Shown here one piece after another: positions 1 to 8,908 of a DNA stretch of 64,000 nt. The stretch is from NCBI GenBank assembly GCA_963787835.1, contig CAWBEI010000005.1:128001-192000 (forward strand). The letters run 5' to 3'. A program made the position numbers and the translations under genes. The DNA is from Ignavibacteriota bacterium (lineage in GTDB: Bacteria; Bacteroidota; Ignavibacteria; Palsa-1295). Every line of letters begins with the position of its first letter. Positions within the stretch are counted from its first letter, which is position 1. The notes under the pieces were generated by a model. It searched no databases. It saw only the letters and a program-made list of their open reading frames with translations, and was not told the origin of the DNA.

Positions 1-321
1 GTCGATCGCTGCATCGACGTTACCGGCATCGAGGCTCTTTTCGACGTTCGCGAGGAACTTACCGAGATCGCCCGATCCCTGCGCCTTCGCAAGCGAAAAG
101 AAACGCTCGATGATAAAGGTGAACACCATGATGGTTAGCATCAGCAGCAGCGGCACAATAATACCGCCGGTATAGATGATACCCATGACATCTTTCGGAT
201 GCTCTTTCGTGGCCGCATCCGCAAAATGCGAATCCGCACCGAAAATGAAGGAATAAATGAGCACAGCGGCGACAAACGCTGCCGCGATGACGATCGATAC
301 AAAAAGAGAATTTTTCTTCAT
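1..321 (-). CDS. MotA/TolQ/ExbB proton channel family protein (5' part, runs off window)
   Basis: Manual translation from ATG at 321: MKKNSLFVSIVIAAAF...IYTGGIIVPLLLMLTIMVFTFIIERFFSL; the GG..VP...IER pattern is typical of ExbB/TolQ; a TonB-domain gene lies directly upstream. Confidence 0.8.
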   Translation of the reverse strand, partial: MKKNSLFVSIVIAAAFVAAVLIYSFIFGADSHFADAATKEHPKDVMGIIYTGGIIVPLLLMLTIMVFTFIIERFFSLAKAQGSGDLGKFLANVEKSLDAGNVDAAID

Positions 322-541
322 GATTTCGTAGGTCGGTGCTTCCAGCCCGACATTTTGTGATTGTTTATGTAGGGACGTGCTGTGCACGTCCTCCCCCTCT
401 ATATATAAAACCTAATGCCAACACCAAAATCGCCCATTTTAGGACAAAAATGGCTGTACGACTAACAAGGAGCACTGTAAATTGCAGGAAGGCAAGACCG
501 GTTCCTGCAAAGTGCAGGATGTGAGGCTAACCTGAGCAGAT

Positions 542-1333
542 TTATTTTGCCGTTAACACAACCCGGAGGGTTCGCTGCTTAGAGTCTAAGGCAATGGACA
601 TCGTCATATTCGGGAAATCCGCATCCGCCGAAACGGAGGTCAGTTTTCCGCCATCGAATTTGTTGACATCCCAGACGGATGCGGTGGTATTGAAGTCATC
701 GTCGTTATCGAAATGGTAGAAGACGGTTATTTTCTGCAAGCCGTTATCGCCAATGATGCCATCTAACGATGCGGGATGTAAGCTCTCAGAAAAGCCGCTG
801 GAAGATACGGCATGCAGATAGATCCCATCCGTTTCTTCCTCCTCATCGACATTTCCTATGCTTTGAAACGTTTTCAGGATCTGGGCTTTGCTCATGCCAA
901 GCATGGCTTTGAAGTTTCCGAACTTGGAGTCTTCATGCAGTTTGGAGCCACCCCCCAGTTTAAAATTAATAGTGCGCGTGATCCATAGTTCAAGCGGTGT
1001 ACCGTAATACTTTCCCGGAGTGAACTTCGCATGCTGCATCGCATCGATAGCGGCATCCTTAAAAATATCATTGGTGCATTTCAGGACTTGCACTTTTTCC
1101 ACACTGCCATCCTTGCCGATAAGCGCTTGCACCGTAACTTTGCCTTCGAGTCCGCTGCGCCGTGCGGCTTCCGGATACACAATAAGCTTTTCAAGCGGCT
1201 GTAGTGGTTCGGGTTCATCCGTCACATCGACAAACATGCCCTGAGAGGAATCGGGAGCCGTTTGCGCGAGCGCGTGGCTGCTCAGGCTCAAAAGAACTGC
1301 AACGGTCAGAATGATAGTGTGGCGCATAATCAC
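542..1333 (-). CDS. TonB C-terminal domain protein with signal peptide
   Basis: YPEAARRSGLEGKVTVQALIGKDGSV...AAIDAMQHAKFTPG TonB_C motif; N-terminal signal peptide. Confidence 0.85.
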   Translation of the reverse strand: MIMRHTIILTVAVLLSLSSHALAQTAPDSSQGMFVDVTDEPEPLQPLEKLIVYPEAARRSGLEGKVTVQALIGKDGSVEKVQVLKCTNDIFKDAAIDAMQHAKFTPGKYYGTPLELWITRTINFKLGGGSKLHEDSKFGNFKAMLGMSKAQILKTFQSIGNVDEEEETDGIYLHAVSSSGFSESLHPASLDGIIGDNGLQKITVFYHFDNDDDFNTTASVWDVNKFDGGKLTSVSADADFPNMTMSIALDSKQRTLRVVLTAK

Positions 1334-1462
1334 CCAAGAAAAAGTTACAAAACTTGGAACACCTGAACGGAAGGAAAGTTTCAGAGTTGGGTCATCTGAC
1401 CATTCTTTTCGTTAGTCATAGCAATTTTATAATAAATCCAAGAATCATTCAAGTGAGGCTTT

Positions 1463-2746
1463 TCAGGCTCCCAGATCTTCCCCTCGCAATTTCCGTAGTT
1501 TCGGTGCTATCGTCGCGACGACGCTGACGGTCAGGAGGGTCATGATGCCGCCAAAGACGACGGAGGGAACCAGCCGCATGAGCTTTGCGGCTACACCCGA
1601 CTCAAAAGCGCCGATCTCGTTCGAAGTTCCGATGAACATGGAGTTAATGGCCGCCACGCGCCCGCGCATGGCGTCCGGCGTGAGGATCTGAATGACGGTG
1701 GAACGAATGATGACGCTTACGCTGTCGGTTGCGCCATAAAGCACGAGCAACGCAAGCGCAAGATAGATATTGGTGCACACCGCAAAGAGCAGAATGGTGA
1801 TGCCGAACATCGCAACCGTGAACAGGATCTGTTTCCCGACACTTCCGCGCAATCGGTAATGGGCGAAGATGACGGAGACCAGCACCGCGCCCACCGAGGG
1901 CGCGGCTTGCAGCAGGCCAAGCCCTTCCGCGCCGACATGGAAGACCTCGCTTGCATAGACGGGAAGCATTGCCGTTGCGCCGCCGAAGAGCACGGCGAAG
2001 AGATCGAGCGAGATCGATCCCAGGATCGGCTGGTTGCGGAACACGAATTTCCATCCGGCAACGATGCTTTGGAGGCTGGACTCCTCACGAACACGCGGCT
2101 CGAACGGCCGCGCCGGAATGAGAAATACCAGAAATGCAGAAGCCGCCGTGAGCACGACATCTACTCCATACGCTGCCGAGATGCTGAGGAACCCGGCGAT
2201 GAGGCCGCCGATCGTCGGGCCGAGGATGGCTCCGGTCTGCCAGGTGGAACTGTTCCACGCTGCGCCATTGGCGTAGAACTCTTTCGGGAGGATCTCGGAA
2301 TTATACGCGAACGATGCGGGGCTTAGGAATCCCGATGCCGCGCCGGCAATAAAGATCATCGCATAGATCGGCCAGATACCGGTGGTGGGATAGAGCGATC
2401 CCATCGTGAAGGAAAGGAGGAGAAGTCCGCCGGCGGAAAAAATAAGCGCAGTACGCGAAAGAATGACAAGCTTCCGGCGCTCCATACGGTCGGCGATCTG
2501 TCCGGCGAAGAGCAGGACGATAAGCGTGGGTATCGCTTCGACGAGCCCCGCGATGCCGATGGGCAGGGGATCGTGCGTCAGGGCATAGACCTGATACCGC
2601 ACGATGACGACTTCCATCTGGCTTGCAATGGTGATCGCAAGGCGCGTCAGCAGGAGAATTCGGAAGTCGCGAACGCGAAGCGCGGCATAGGGATCATGCC
2701 GCTTTTCAGGGTGGGAAGCTTTGTTCTGGGTATCCGGCGCGGCCAT
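1463..2746 (-). CDS. MFS transporter (H+ antiporter/EntS-like)
   Basis: About 12 hydrophobic segments, GQIADRMERR motif A, PDAMRGRV motif. Confidence 0.9.
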   Translation of the reverse strand: MAAPDTQNKASHPEKRHDPYAALRVRDFRILLLTRLAITIASQMEVVIVRYQVYALTHDPLPIGIAGLVEAIPTLIVLLFAGQIADRMERRKLVILSRTALIFSAGGLLLLSFTMGSLYPTTGIWPIYAMIFIAGAASGFLSPASFAYNSEILPKEFYANGAAWNSSTWQTGAILGPTIGGLIAGFLSISAAYGVDVVLTAASAFLVFLIPARPFEPRVREESSLQSIVAGWKFVFRNQPILGSISLDLFAVLFGGATAMLPVYASEVFHVGAEGLGLLQAAPSVGAVLVSVIFAHYRLRGSVGKQILFTVAMFGITILLFAVCTNIYLALALLVLYGATDSVSVIIRSTVIQILTPDAMRGRVAAINSMFIGTSNEIGAFESGVAAKLMRLVPSVVFGGIMTLLTVSVVATIAPKLRKLRGEDLGA

Positions 2747-4017
2747 TAATGATACGGGTCGGCAAGATAGTGCACGATCGCATCCTCGTGTTTGCGCCGG
2801 TAGTATTCCGAGGCGGTCAGACCTTTTTTATCTTTCAGCGCTGCATTTATTCCATGCGTCGTCAGAAGATGCGCAATAAAGTGGAAGTTTGCAGTATCGA
2901 GATAAAAGAGTGCCGTGCGGCCTTCCTTATCCTGCAGATTTGGGTCGCTGCCGTTGGTGATAAGGGAATCGACGGGGGCATCGTAGTTCCCCTGCACCGC
3001 CAGCATGAGCGGCGTTTGTCCTTTGGCGTTCTGGAGATTCGGTTTTGCGCCGAGCGAAATAAGATCCATGATAAGGTCGGCGCGGCCGGCATGGGATGCA
3101 AGATGCAGCGGCGTATCGCCGGCGCTATCGCCGATATTTGGATCGGCGCCTTTGCGCAACAGTTTGACCAGCGCGGAGGTACGGGCTTCCCATGTCGCAA
3201 AATGCAGCGCGGTTTGGTGATATTTGTTCAGCGCATTGACGTTCGCGCCTTTTGTCATCAATAAGTCAAGCGTGGCATCGTTCCCATGCCAGCTTGTTGC
3301 AAGATGGATGGGTTCATCGCCATTGGCGGCACGGGCATCGATCTTCGCGCCATGTTCGAGCAGAATGGTTACCACTTTTCCATGTCCGCCCTGCGCAGCA
3401 AAGTGGATCGGCATAAAGCCATCGGATTCCAGATCGGGCGCATGAATCGCACGGTTTACCGGCGCGCCATGATCGAGCAGAATTTGCACGATGGTATCGT
3501 AACCGGATTCGCAGGCGGCATCGAATGGAGTCATATCGTCGATGGTACGCGCCTTGTGCAGATCGGCATGAGCGGCGAGCAATGTTTTCACGACTTCGGT
3601 CTTTCCCTTGGAGCTTGCCTGATACAGCGGCGTTTCACCGGCGGCGTTCGGTTTATCGACCTTCGCGCCGTGAGCCAGAAGCATTTCGACGATACGCTCA
3701 TGGCCATTGGCAGCCGCAAGGCTGAGAGGGGACTCGCCATCGTCGTCGGTAATATCGATGGTTGCGCCGCGCTCGATCAGAATGCGAGCGGCTTTCGACT
3801 TGCCACTAAAGGCCGCTATTTCGAGAGGGGTCCAGCCATCCTCGTTCAGGTCGTTGATGAGCGATGGATTGGTATTGAGATCGGTGATGACCGCGCCGGT
3901 ATCGTCCCAGCGGACGGCTTGTTCCAATGGCGAATCCACGCCGGGGGTTTGGGCCATCGCACCGGCAGCAGCGAACGTCAGCAGCAAAGAGGTAAGAACT
4001 AATCGTGTTATTTTCAT
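2746..4017 (-). CDS. Secreted ankyrin-repeat protein
   Basis: About 10 GxTPLHxA-type repeats; signal peptide MKITRLVLTSLLLTFAAAGAMAQ from ATG 4017 (the longer ORF start is unlikely). Confidence 0.9.
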   Translation of the reverse strand: MKITRLVLTSLLLTFAAAGAMAQTPGVDSPLEQAVRWDDTGAVITDLNTNPSLINDLNEDGWTPLEIAAFSGKSKAARILIERGATIDITDDDGESPLSLAAANGHERIVEMLLAHGAKVDKPNAAGETPLYQASSKGKTEVVKTLLAAHADLHKARTIDDMTPFDAACESGYDTIVQILLDHGAPVNRAIHAPDLESDGFMPIHFAAQGGHGKVVTILLEHGAKIDARAANGDEPIHLATSWHGNDATLDLLMTKGANVNALNKYHQTALHFATWEARTSALVKLLRKGADPNIGDSAGDTPLHLASHAGRADLIMDLISLGAKPNLQNAKGQTPLMLAVQGNYDAPVDSLITNGSDPNLQDKEGRTALFYLDTANFHFIAHLLTTHGINAALKDKKGLTASEYYRRKHEDAIVHYLADPYH

Positions 4018-4104
4018 GGGCTTTAGAAACGGAGAGGTTTTACAGGTCATTCCCTTGAAAAGTGGGTGACCGATCAATTTCCGCGAAATGGTATTTTTAC
4101 TTCG

Positions 4105-4112
4105 TATCTTTG
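4105..4112 (+). promoter_or_regulatory. Bacteroidota-type -7 promoter element (TATCTTTG) upstream of the LuxR gene
   Basis: Matches TAnnTTTG consensus in the divergent intergenic region. Confidence 0.35.
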
Positions 4113-4327
4113 CAACTCTGTCGTTAATCAACTCCTCGGATCCGTAGGTGGTTGTTTAATTTGCTTCTTCCGCCCGCCTCCAGCGGTTTTGGTCTTACTC
4201 CTTAGGAAGAAAAGTATTGCGATTAATTTTTCGAGTGTGATGTGAACAAGAAACAGTGTCCCATTTGGTAAGTGCCGTGCAGAGTATTCTCTTGCATGGC
4301 TTATTCGCAATTAACTAAAAATAGGAA

Positions 4328-4690
4328 ATGAGACGTGAAAACCGAACATCGAATGCTGCCGAACGCGGAGGAAGCCGCGCGCCCGGCACTACCCCCCCCG
4401 TTAAAAAACGTCGTAACAGGCGGAAGGCGCATATTGCATGGGAGCAAGCCGATCGAGATAGCGGCGGAGTCTTAACCCACAACGCAGAAACGCTTGCAGA
4501 AAAATTCCGGAAGCTGACGCCGATGGAACTGCGCGTATGTGCAATGGTGAAAGTGTTGCTTCCAAGCTGGAAGATTGCGGAACTGCTCGGAATTGACGAG
4601 CGAACTGTGGAGAGCCACCGATTGCATGCACGCCGCAAAATGAAGATACGGTTAAGAAATCCGTTAACTTCAAGATTATTAAGGATTTAA
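4328..4690 (+). CDS. Stand-alone LuxR-type HTH transcriptional regulator
   Basis: LTPMELRVCAMV...SWKIAELLGIDERTVESHRLHARRKM LuxR C-terminal HTH; no receiver domain. Confidence 0.85.
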   Translation: MRRENRTSNAAERGGSRAPGTTPPVKKRRNRRKAHIAWEQADRDSGGVLTHNAETLAEKFRKLTPMELRVCAMVKVLLPSWKIAELLGIDERTVESHRLHARRKMKIRLRNPLTSRLLRI

Positions 4691-4743
4691 TCCCTGCCAA
4701 AAATTGCGTACTTTTTGCGTAATGGATTTTGGAAATTATGATG

Positions 4744-4751
4744 TAGTTTTG
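4744..4751 (+). promoter_or_regulatory. Putative -7 promoter element (TAGTTTTG) for the 4801-7119 genes
   Basis: TAnnTTTG match 50 nt before ATG 4801; AGGAG Shine-Dalgarno upstream of that ATG. Confidence 0.4.
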
Positions 4752-4800
4752 TACTTTATAAACGCACTCAACTTTTCATTTTTTCATAGGAGTTTAGAAC

Positions 4801-5376
4801 ATGAATCTTTCAGTAAACGGCTGGAATGCACTTACAGCAGCCCAGCCCATAGATCCGCTTTCGATCATTTCAAATTGCGTGTTTGCAGGTACCGTTGGCG
4901 CCTGGACGCGAAGTACCAGTTTCCTTCAATCCAGTTGGGGAACGAATACCATTGCCTTTACAGGGAATAACACCACGATGGTTTCGCTCGATACCACCGA
5001 TTCGACGACTGTGGTACAAGCTGCGCAGTGGGTCGTGCAAACCAAGATGGTGAATATCGGTGCAAGCATCAACCCCTCGGTGGAAAAGATCGCATTTGCC
5101 AAGGCTGGTCCATATTGGCAAAATCAGTACGAAATTGCACTTGGCGCTACAAACTGGACGAACGTGCAACTCTCCTTCCGCGATAACCTCGGTACAACCG
5201 GTCTGTTTGCGGGCGTCGCGGCAGGAGCGGTTCCAGCATTTTTCTTTGGCGGACCTTTTACGGGAAATGTGCAGCTCTATATGACATTTCCGAGGGCCGG
5301 AACGTATTCACTCGTGCTTGTGGTGGATAATGCCGGCGTCTATAGCACGTTCGAAATGGAAATAGTAGCTCTGTAA
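4801..5376 (+). CDS. Hypothetical beta-rich protein with PKD/Ig-like C-terminal strands
   Basis: Good RBS (AGGAG); FPRAGTYSLVLVV resembles the PKD F..xGTYxVxL motif; no signal peptide. Confidence 0.75.
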   Translation: MNLSVNGWNALTAAQPIDPLSIISNCVFAGTVGAWTRSTSFLQSSWGTNTIAFTGNNTTMVSLDTTDSTTVVQAAQWVVQTKMVNIGASINPSVEKIAFAKAGPYWQNQYEIALGATNWTNVQLSFRDNLGTTGLFAGVAAGAVPAFFFGGPFTGNVQLYMTFPRAGTYSLVLVVDNAGVYSTFEMEIVAL

Positions 5377-5394
5377 CTTTTTTCCGAGGCTATC

Positions 5395-7119
5395 ATGCCA
5401 ACTTACGCACCTCCGGGGCCTATGCCTCCGCCCATACCACCTCCGCCCCCCTTGCCGCCCGGCCAGAACGGGAATCCGACGATTCCTGCGATTGGGGGAT
5501 TCAATTCGCAGTCACAAACGCTGATAAGTCCACCAGCTATTACGCAATCAACGATCATTGCGACTGGAACCATTGTGGGTGGCCAAATTACTACGGCGAG
5601 CACAAATGACTCAAACCAGCCGGCTGCTACTATTCCTTCTTTGGGAACCCCGTCGCAGCAAACACCATCGGCACATCCCTGCCAAAGTGGCGGGGATTGC
5701 GGGTGTGGGGGGAAGTGTAAGGACAAGAGTTTAAAAGTTGAACCAGAGACTATTTCGAATGCGACGCGCGATTTTAAAAGCAATCCGCTTACTACAGAAG
5801 AAGTCAGAGTTATTGATGAGCTATGTGGTAATACCTTCACAGCCGGGCCAACACCCACAAAAGGTGAGATTATTACGGTTAAGCAGAGCCGAACGGAAAT
5901 GCTCGTTAGTGTGCGAAGAACTGATGACGCATCAATATCATACGAGCGAATAATTCCGCGAACATCGATAGGCTGGGATGTTGGTGGTAAGATTATTTCT
6001 TTCAATACCCCGCAACTTTCGTTTGGCTTAGCTACTTTCATAGCCTTGATGGGGCAAAGGATGATTGCCATGAGGTTAGGAATAGAGATGCGTTATGATG
6101 CCACTTTAAGGTCAATGTCATTCACACGCTCTGGGAGTCAACTTTTAGCACCACCATCAACTTCAAGTATTATCTTTCCTAATTGTGAAGGAGAGTGTGC
6201 CAAGGAGGAAACAGAATCTGGTAGCCCAACTCTCTGCATTCCCCACGATCTTGTATGCACCGTCCCGTCTTGGATAATTCCTGACGGGCAACATTTGAGC
6301 CTTTGGTGGCCACCCGTGGGTCATGTTGAGATAGATTTGTCACAATGTTGTTTACAACACGACATATCTTGGTGGTGCTCTCAAACGGCGTTTGAAGTAG
6401 CAAATGCAAATGCGAAAGTGTCATCATGTATAGCCGCCGCGTTATATGATGCTACAAATGAAGCGTGCGATAAGCTTTCATGTGGTGGGTTCTGGAGATT
6501 TTTTTGTCAATCTGCAGTAGATCTATGTAAGATAGCAGCAGCACTGACCACAGGTGTTCTTGACATTGTAGAGTGGCTTCTTGTAGACATAGGGCTCGGA
6601 GCTGCGGCGATAGCTGTGTATATGAAAGACCATTTGCAATACTTTGACTTATGTGGCTGCCATCAGAATAGTTGCCTCTGTGGCGGAACACAACCGACAA
6701 TTCAGTGCCCCGGATCAGGTCGAGCAGGGTCTGTATCGTATACACCTTGTGATGATATCTGCACACTCGCCCAAAAAAGTGGGGTGAATACGCCCACAGG
6801 CGGGAATGTAAATGAAGTTTGCAATCAATGTGGATGGGTATGTAACCCAGATGGAACTACCTACTTTGACTATGGTCCGAATAATTCGGATGGGTCGAAT
6901 TGCTGCCCTGACACCACCCAACAATGCACGCAGCAAACTGATGCTCCGCAGTGCACTGCGTCGTGCTTTGACTGCTCAGCGATATGTAATAGTTCGCTAC
7001 AAAGATGGCAGTATATAACAGACCCTGGAGGACAGTTACCTTGCTGCATAGGGACACCTCCAGTGCCCCAAGGGGGTGAATGGTGCTTCGGGCACCTTTT
7101 GCGCCGCTCGGCTCATTAA
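5395..7119 (+). CDS. Cys-rich protein with Pro-rich N-terminus and PLA2-like CCxxHD motif
   Basis: 574-aa ORF with GAGG RBS; about 37 Cys; CTVP...PD...DLSQCCLQHDISWWC. Confidence 0.75.
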   Translation: MPTYAPPGPMPPPIPPPPPLPPGQNGNPTIPAIGGFNSQSQTLISPPAITQSTIIATGTIVGGQITTASTNDSNQPAATIPSLGTPSQQTPSAHPCQSGGDCGCGGKCKDKSLKVEPETISNATRDFKSNPLTTEEVRVIDELCGNTFTAGPTPTKGEIITVKQSRTEMLVSVRRTDDASISYERIIPRTSIGWDVGGKIISFNTPQLSFGLATFIALMGQRMIAMRLGIEMRYDATLRSMSFTRSGSQLLAPPSTSSIIFPNCEGECAKEETESGSPTLCIPHDLVCTVPSWIIPDGQHLSLWWPPVGHVEIDLSQCCLQHDISWWCSQTAFEVANANAKVSSCIAAALYDATNEACDKLSCGGFWRFFCQSAVDLCKIAAALTTGVLDIVEWLLVDIGLGAAAIAVYMKDHLQYFDLCGCHQNSCLCGGTQPTIQCPGSGRAGSVSYTPCDDICTLAQKSGVNTPTGGNVNEVCNQCGWVCNPDGTTYFDYGPNNSDGSNCCPDTTQQCTQQTDAPQCTASCFDCSAICNSSLQRWQYITDPGGQLPCCIGTPPVPQGGEWCFGHLLRRSAH

Positions 7120-7168
7120 GTTTAATGGATATGATGTTTTCATCTATCCATAAGAGTGACCAACTTAA

Positions 7169-7855
7169 ATGAAACATTCTCAACTAATGTGGTTTTGGCT
7201 AATAATTATTTGCTCAATGCTATCCGTGGTATCGTTTCCTGGCATAGCCATATCTCAGACATTGAGTTCACATCATGTATCCGACACATCAGTTTCACGT
7301 ATTCCCTCACCATCGGACACAGTGGTTGTATCGAGGTTCCTCGGGTTTCCACTTTGGTTAATGGGCAGTTTATCAATCGACGCCGCCGAACCTAGCGGGA
7401 TTGGTGAAGACATGGATCCATGGGCATATGATTTCAAATTTGGCGCTACTTGGTATAATAGCGTCTTCATTTTTACAATGCATGGAACTCATGGATATTA
7501 TCAGGGCGATTCGTTTGAATCACATCGTTATGATTATGCGATTCTTTATGGCAATTCGGAGCGGACTTCGCTCTCATTCATATTCGCTTGTGTTGGCTTA
7601 AGTTTTGTAGATTACCGAACGCATGGGAATGTTATTCCAGGATCGGCTGAAACTCCTGATGGATACATCTACCAGGTGGTTAATGGCTCCGCTTTCGGTA
7701 TTGCAGTTATGGGCGATATCTATTTTACTCCGATTCCTTATTGGGGTTTAGTAGGAATAGGCGTATATGGCAACGTATCAAAGAACGAGAGCTATTTTTC
7801 TCTTGATTTCACTTTTCCTCTTGAGTTCAATATACCAGTCTGGTTTGTTAAATAA
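7169..7855 (+). CDS. Hypothetical exported protein, probable small outer-membrane beta-barrel
   Basis: Signal peptide, alternating aromatic/Gly beta-strand pattern. Confidence 0.65.
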   Translation: MKHSQLMWFWLIIICSMLSVVSFPGIAISQTLSSHHVSDTSVSRIPSPSDTVVVSRFLGFPLWLMGSLSIDAAEPSGIGEDMDPWAYDFKFGATWYNSVFIFTMHGTHGYYQGDSFESHRYDYAILYGNSERTSLSFIFACVGLSFVDYRTHGNVIPGSAETPDGYIYQVVNGSAFGIAVMGDIYFTPIPYWGLVGIGVYGNVSKNESYFSLDFTFPLEFNIPVWFVK

Positions 7856-7936
7856 TTCTAATTGGTTATTAATGTGTGCAACTTAAAGTGAATTATAATT
7901 ATTTTCAATTTTCAAGCATTAGGTTAGAGAATGTGT

Positions 7937-8180
7937 TATATTAGGTGGTGAGATGATGGGCACCCATATCAATTTTGAGTTAAGAACTCAGAGTTAAGAA
8001 TAGGTGCTCAGTGGCTCATTGAAAATGTAAGTGATAGGTTTCATTATGAACGAGTTCTTTAGGAAGCGGCATTATGAATACTTGTTGGAACAAATGTGCG
8101 AAATTGGCTCGGAATCGAGGCTGTCGCGAGGGCCATCGGGAACTCAGCAAGAAAAAGAAATGGCACCTGTTTCTGGGGGA
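7937..8180 (+). repeat. Dispersed promoter-containing non-coding element, copy 1
   Basis: TATATT-13nt-ATGGGCACC...GCTCATTGAAAAT...ATGAACGAGTTCTTT...CGGGAACTCAGCAAGAAAAAGAAATGGCACCTGTTTCT; homologous to 20668-20869(-) and 52738-53028(+). Confidence 0.8.
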
Positions 8181-8187
8181 TAAGCAT

Positions 8188-8230
8188 GGACCACGATTTT
8201 CAGGATTTTCGGGATTCGAGAAGGATGGGG
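8188..8230 (+). repeat. GGACCACGATT..GGATTTTC.GGATT..GAAGGATGGGG module
   Basis: Reverse-complement copies at 21557-21600 and 22332-22375. Confidence 0.75.
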
Positions 8231-8262
8231 ACGAAAGAACTGAGAAAAGTAGTTATAAGGTC

Positions 8263-8883
8263 ATGAATCGAAGAAAATTTATAGGGAGTGTTTTTGCTAC
8301 TGTAGCGGGAAGTGCTATCGTTGGCAGCATCGGAGAACTTGGCCGGTCATCGCTGGCGAAAGCCCGCTCGGTGGCATCCACGCTTACTGGAGCGCCGACG
8401 CTTACGGGAGCATCGGTGCTTACTGGAAAGGATGTCCGCGAGGTACCGATCGAATTGACGGATACTCCGGAGCTTGTTCCAGTTGGAGGCACGTACCATC
8501 TGGAATATGAGGATCTTCAGCGGGATATTCTGGTGGCGCATGTTACACCCGGCCAGTTCGTTGGCGTCGATCTTAAATGCACGCACCGGGGCTGCGATAT
8601 CGACTACCATCCGGATGACAAGAAATTCGTCTGCCCGTGCCACGGATCGGAATACGATCTTTATGGCCGAGTGCTGAAAGGGCCATCGCAACGCCCGCTG
8701 AATTGTTATCATGCCGAGCAGAAGGGCAGTGAGGTGATCGTGACCGTCTATGGCCAGGGTGATGCCGTTCCGGCGAACTCGATACCCCCGTCAGCAGATA
8801 CAACGAAGTTGCCTGTACCGGACACCAGCTTTGCGCCCAAAGTTGCTCGGGATTCGCTGAAGATGCCGAAGGATAGCAACTAA
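8263..8883 (+). CDS. Tat-exported Rieske [2Fe-2S] protein
   Basis: MNRRKFIG twin-arginine signal; CTHRGC and CPCHGS Rieske boxes. Confidence 0.92.
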   Translation: MNRRKFIGSVFATVAGSAIVGSIGELGRSSLAKARSVASTLTGAPTLTGASVLTGKDVREVPIELTDTPELVPVGGTYHLEYEDLQRDILVAHVTPGQFVGVDLKCTHRGCDIDYHPDDKKFVCPCHGSEYDLYGRVLKGPSQRPLNCYHAEQKGSEVIVTVYGQGDAVPANSIPPSADTTKLPVPDTSFAPKVARDSLKMPKDSN

Positions 8884-8908
8884 AATTCGGTTTCTACGCT
8901 TCCGGTAA

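Noticed and set aside
4129-4155. Imperfect palindrome CAACTCCTCGGATCCGTAGGTGGTTG upstream of LuxR
   Set aside because: Single copy with mismatches; cannot distinguish an operator from chance
8074-8180. Conserved small peptide (RELSKKKKWHLFL) encoded by the dispersed element
   Set aside because: Frame and start codons are not preserved across the three copies; the similarity follows from DNA conservation
8074-8262. N-terminal extension of the Rieske ORF
   Set aside because: It is translation of the dispersed repeat; the Tat signal begins at ATG 8263
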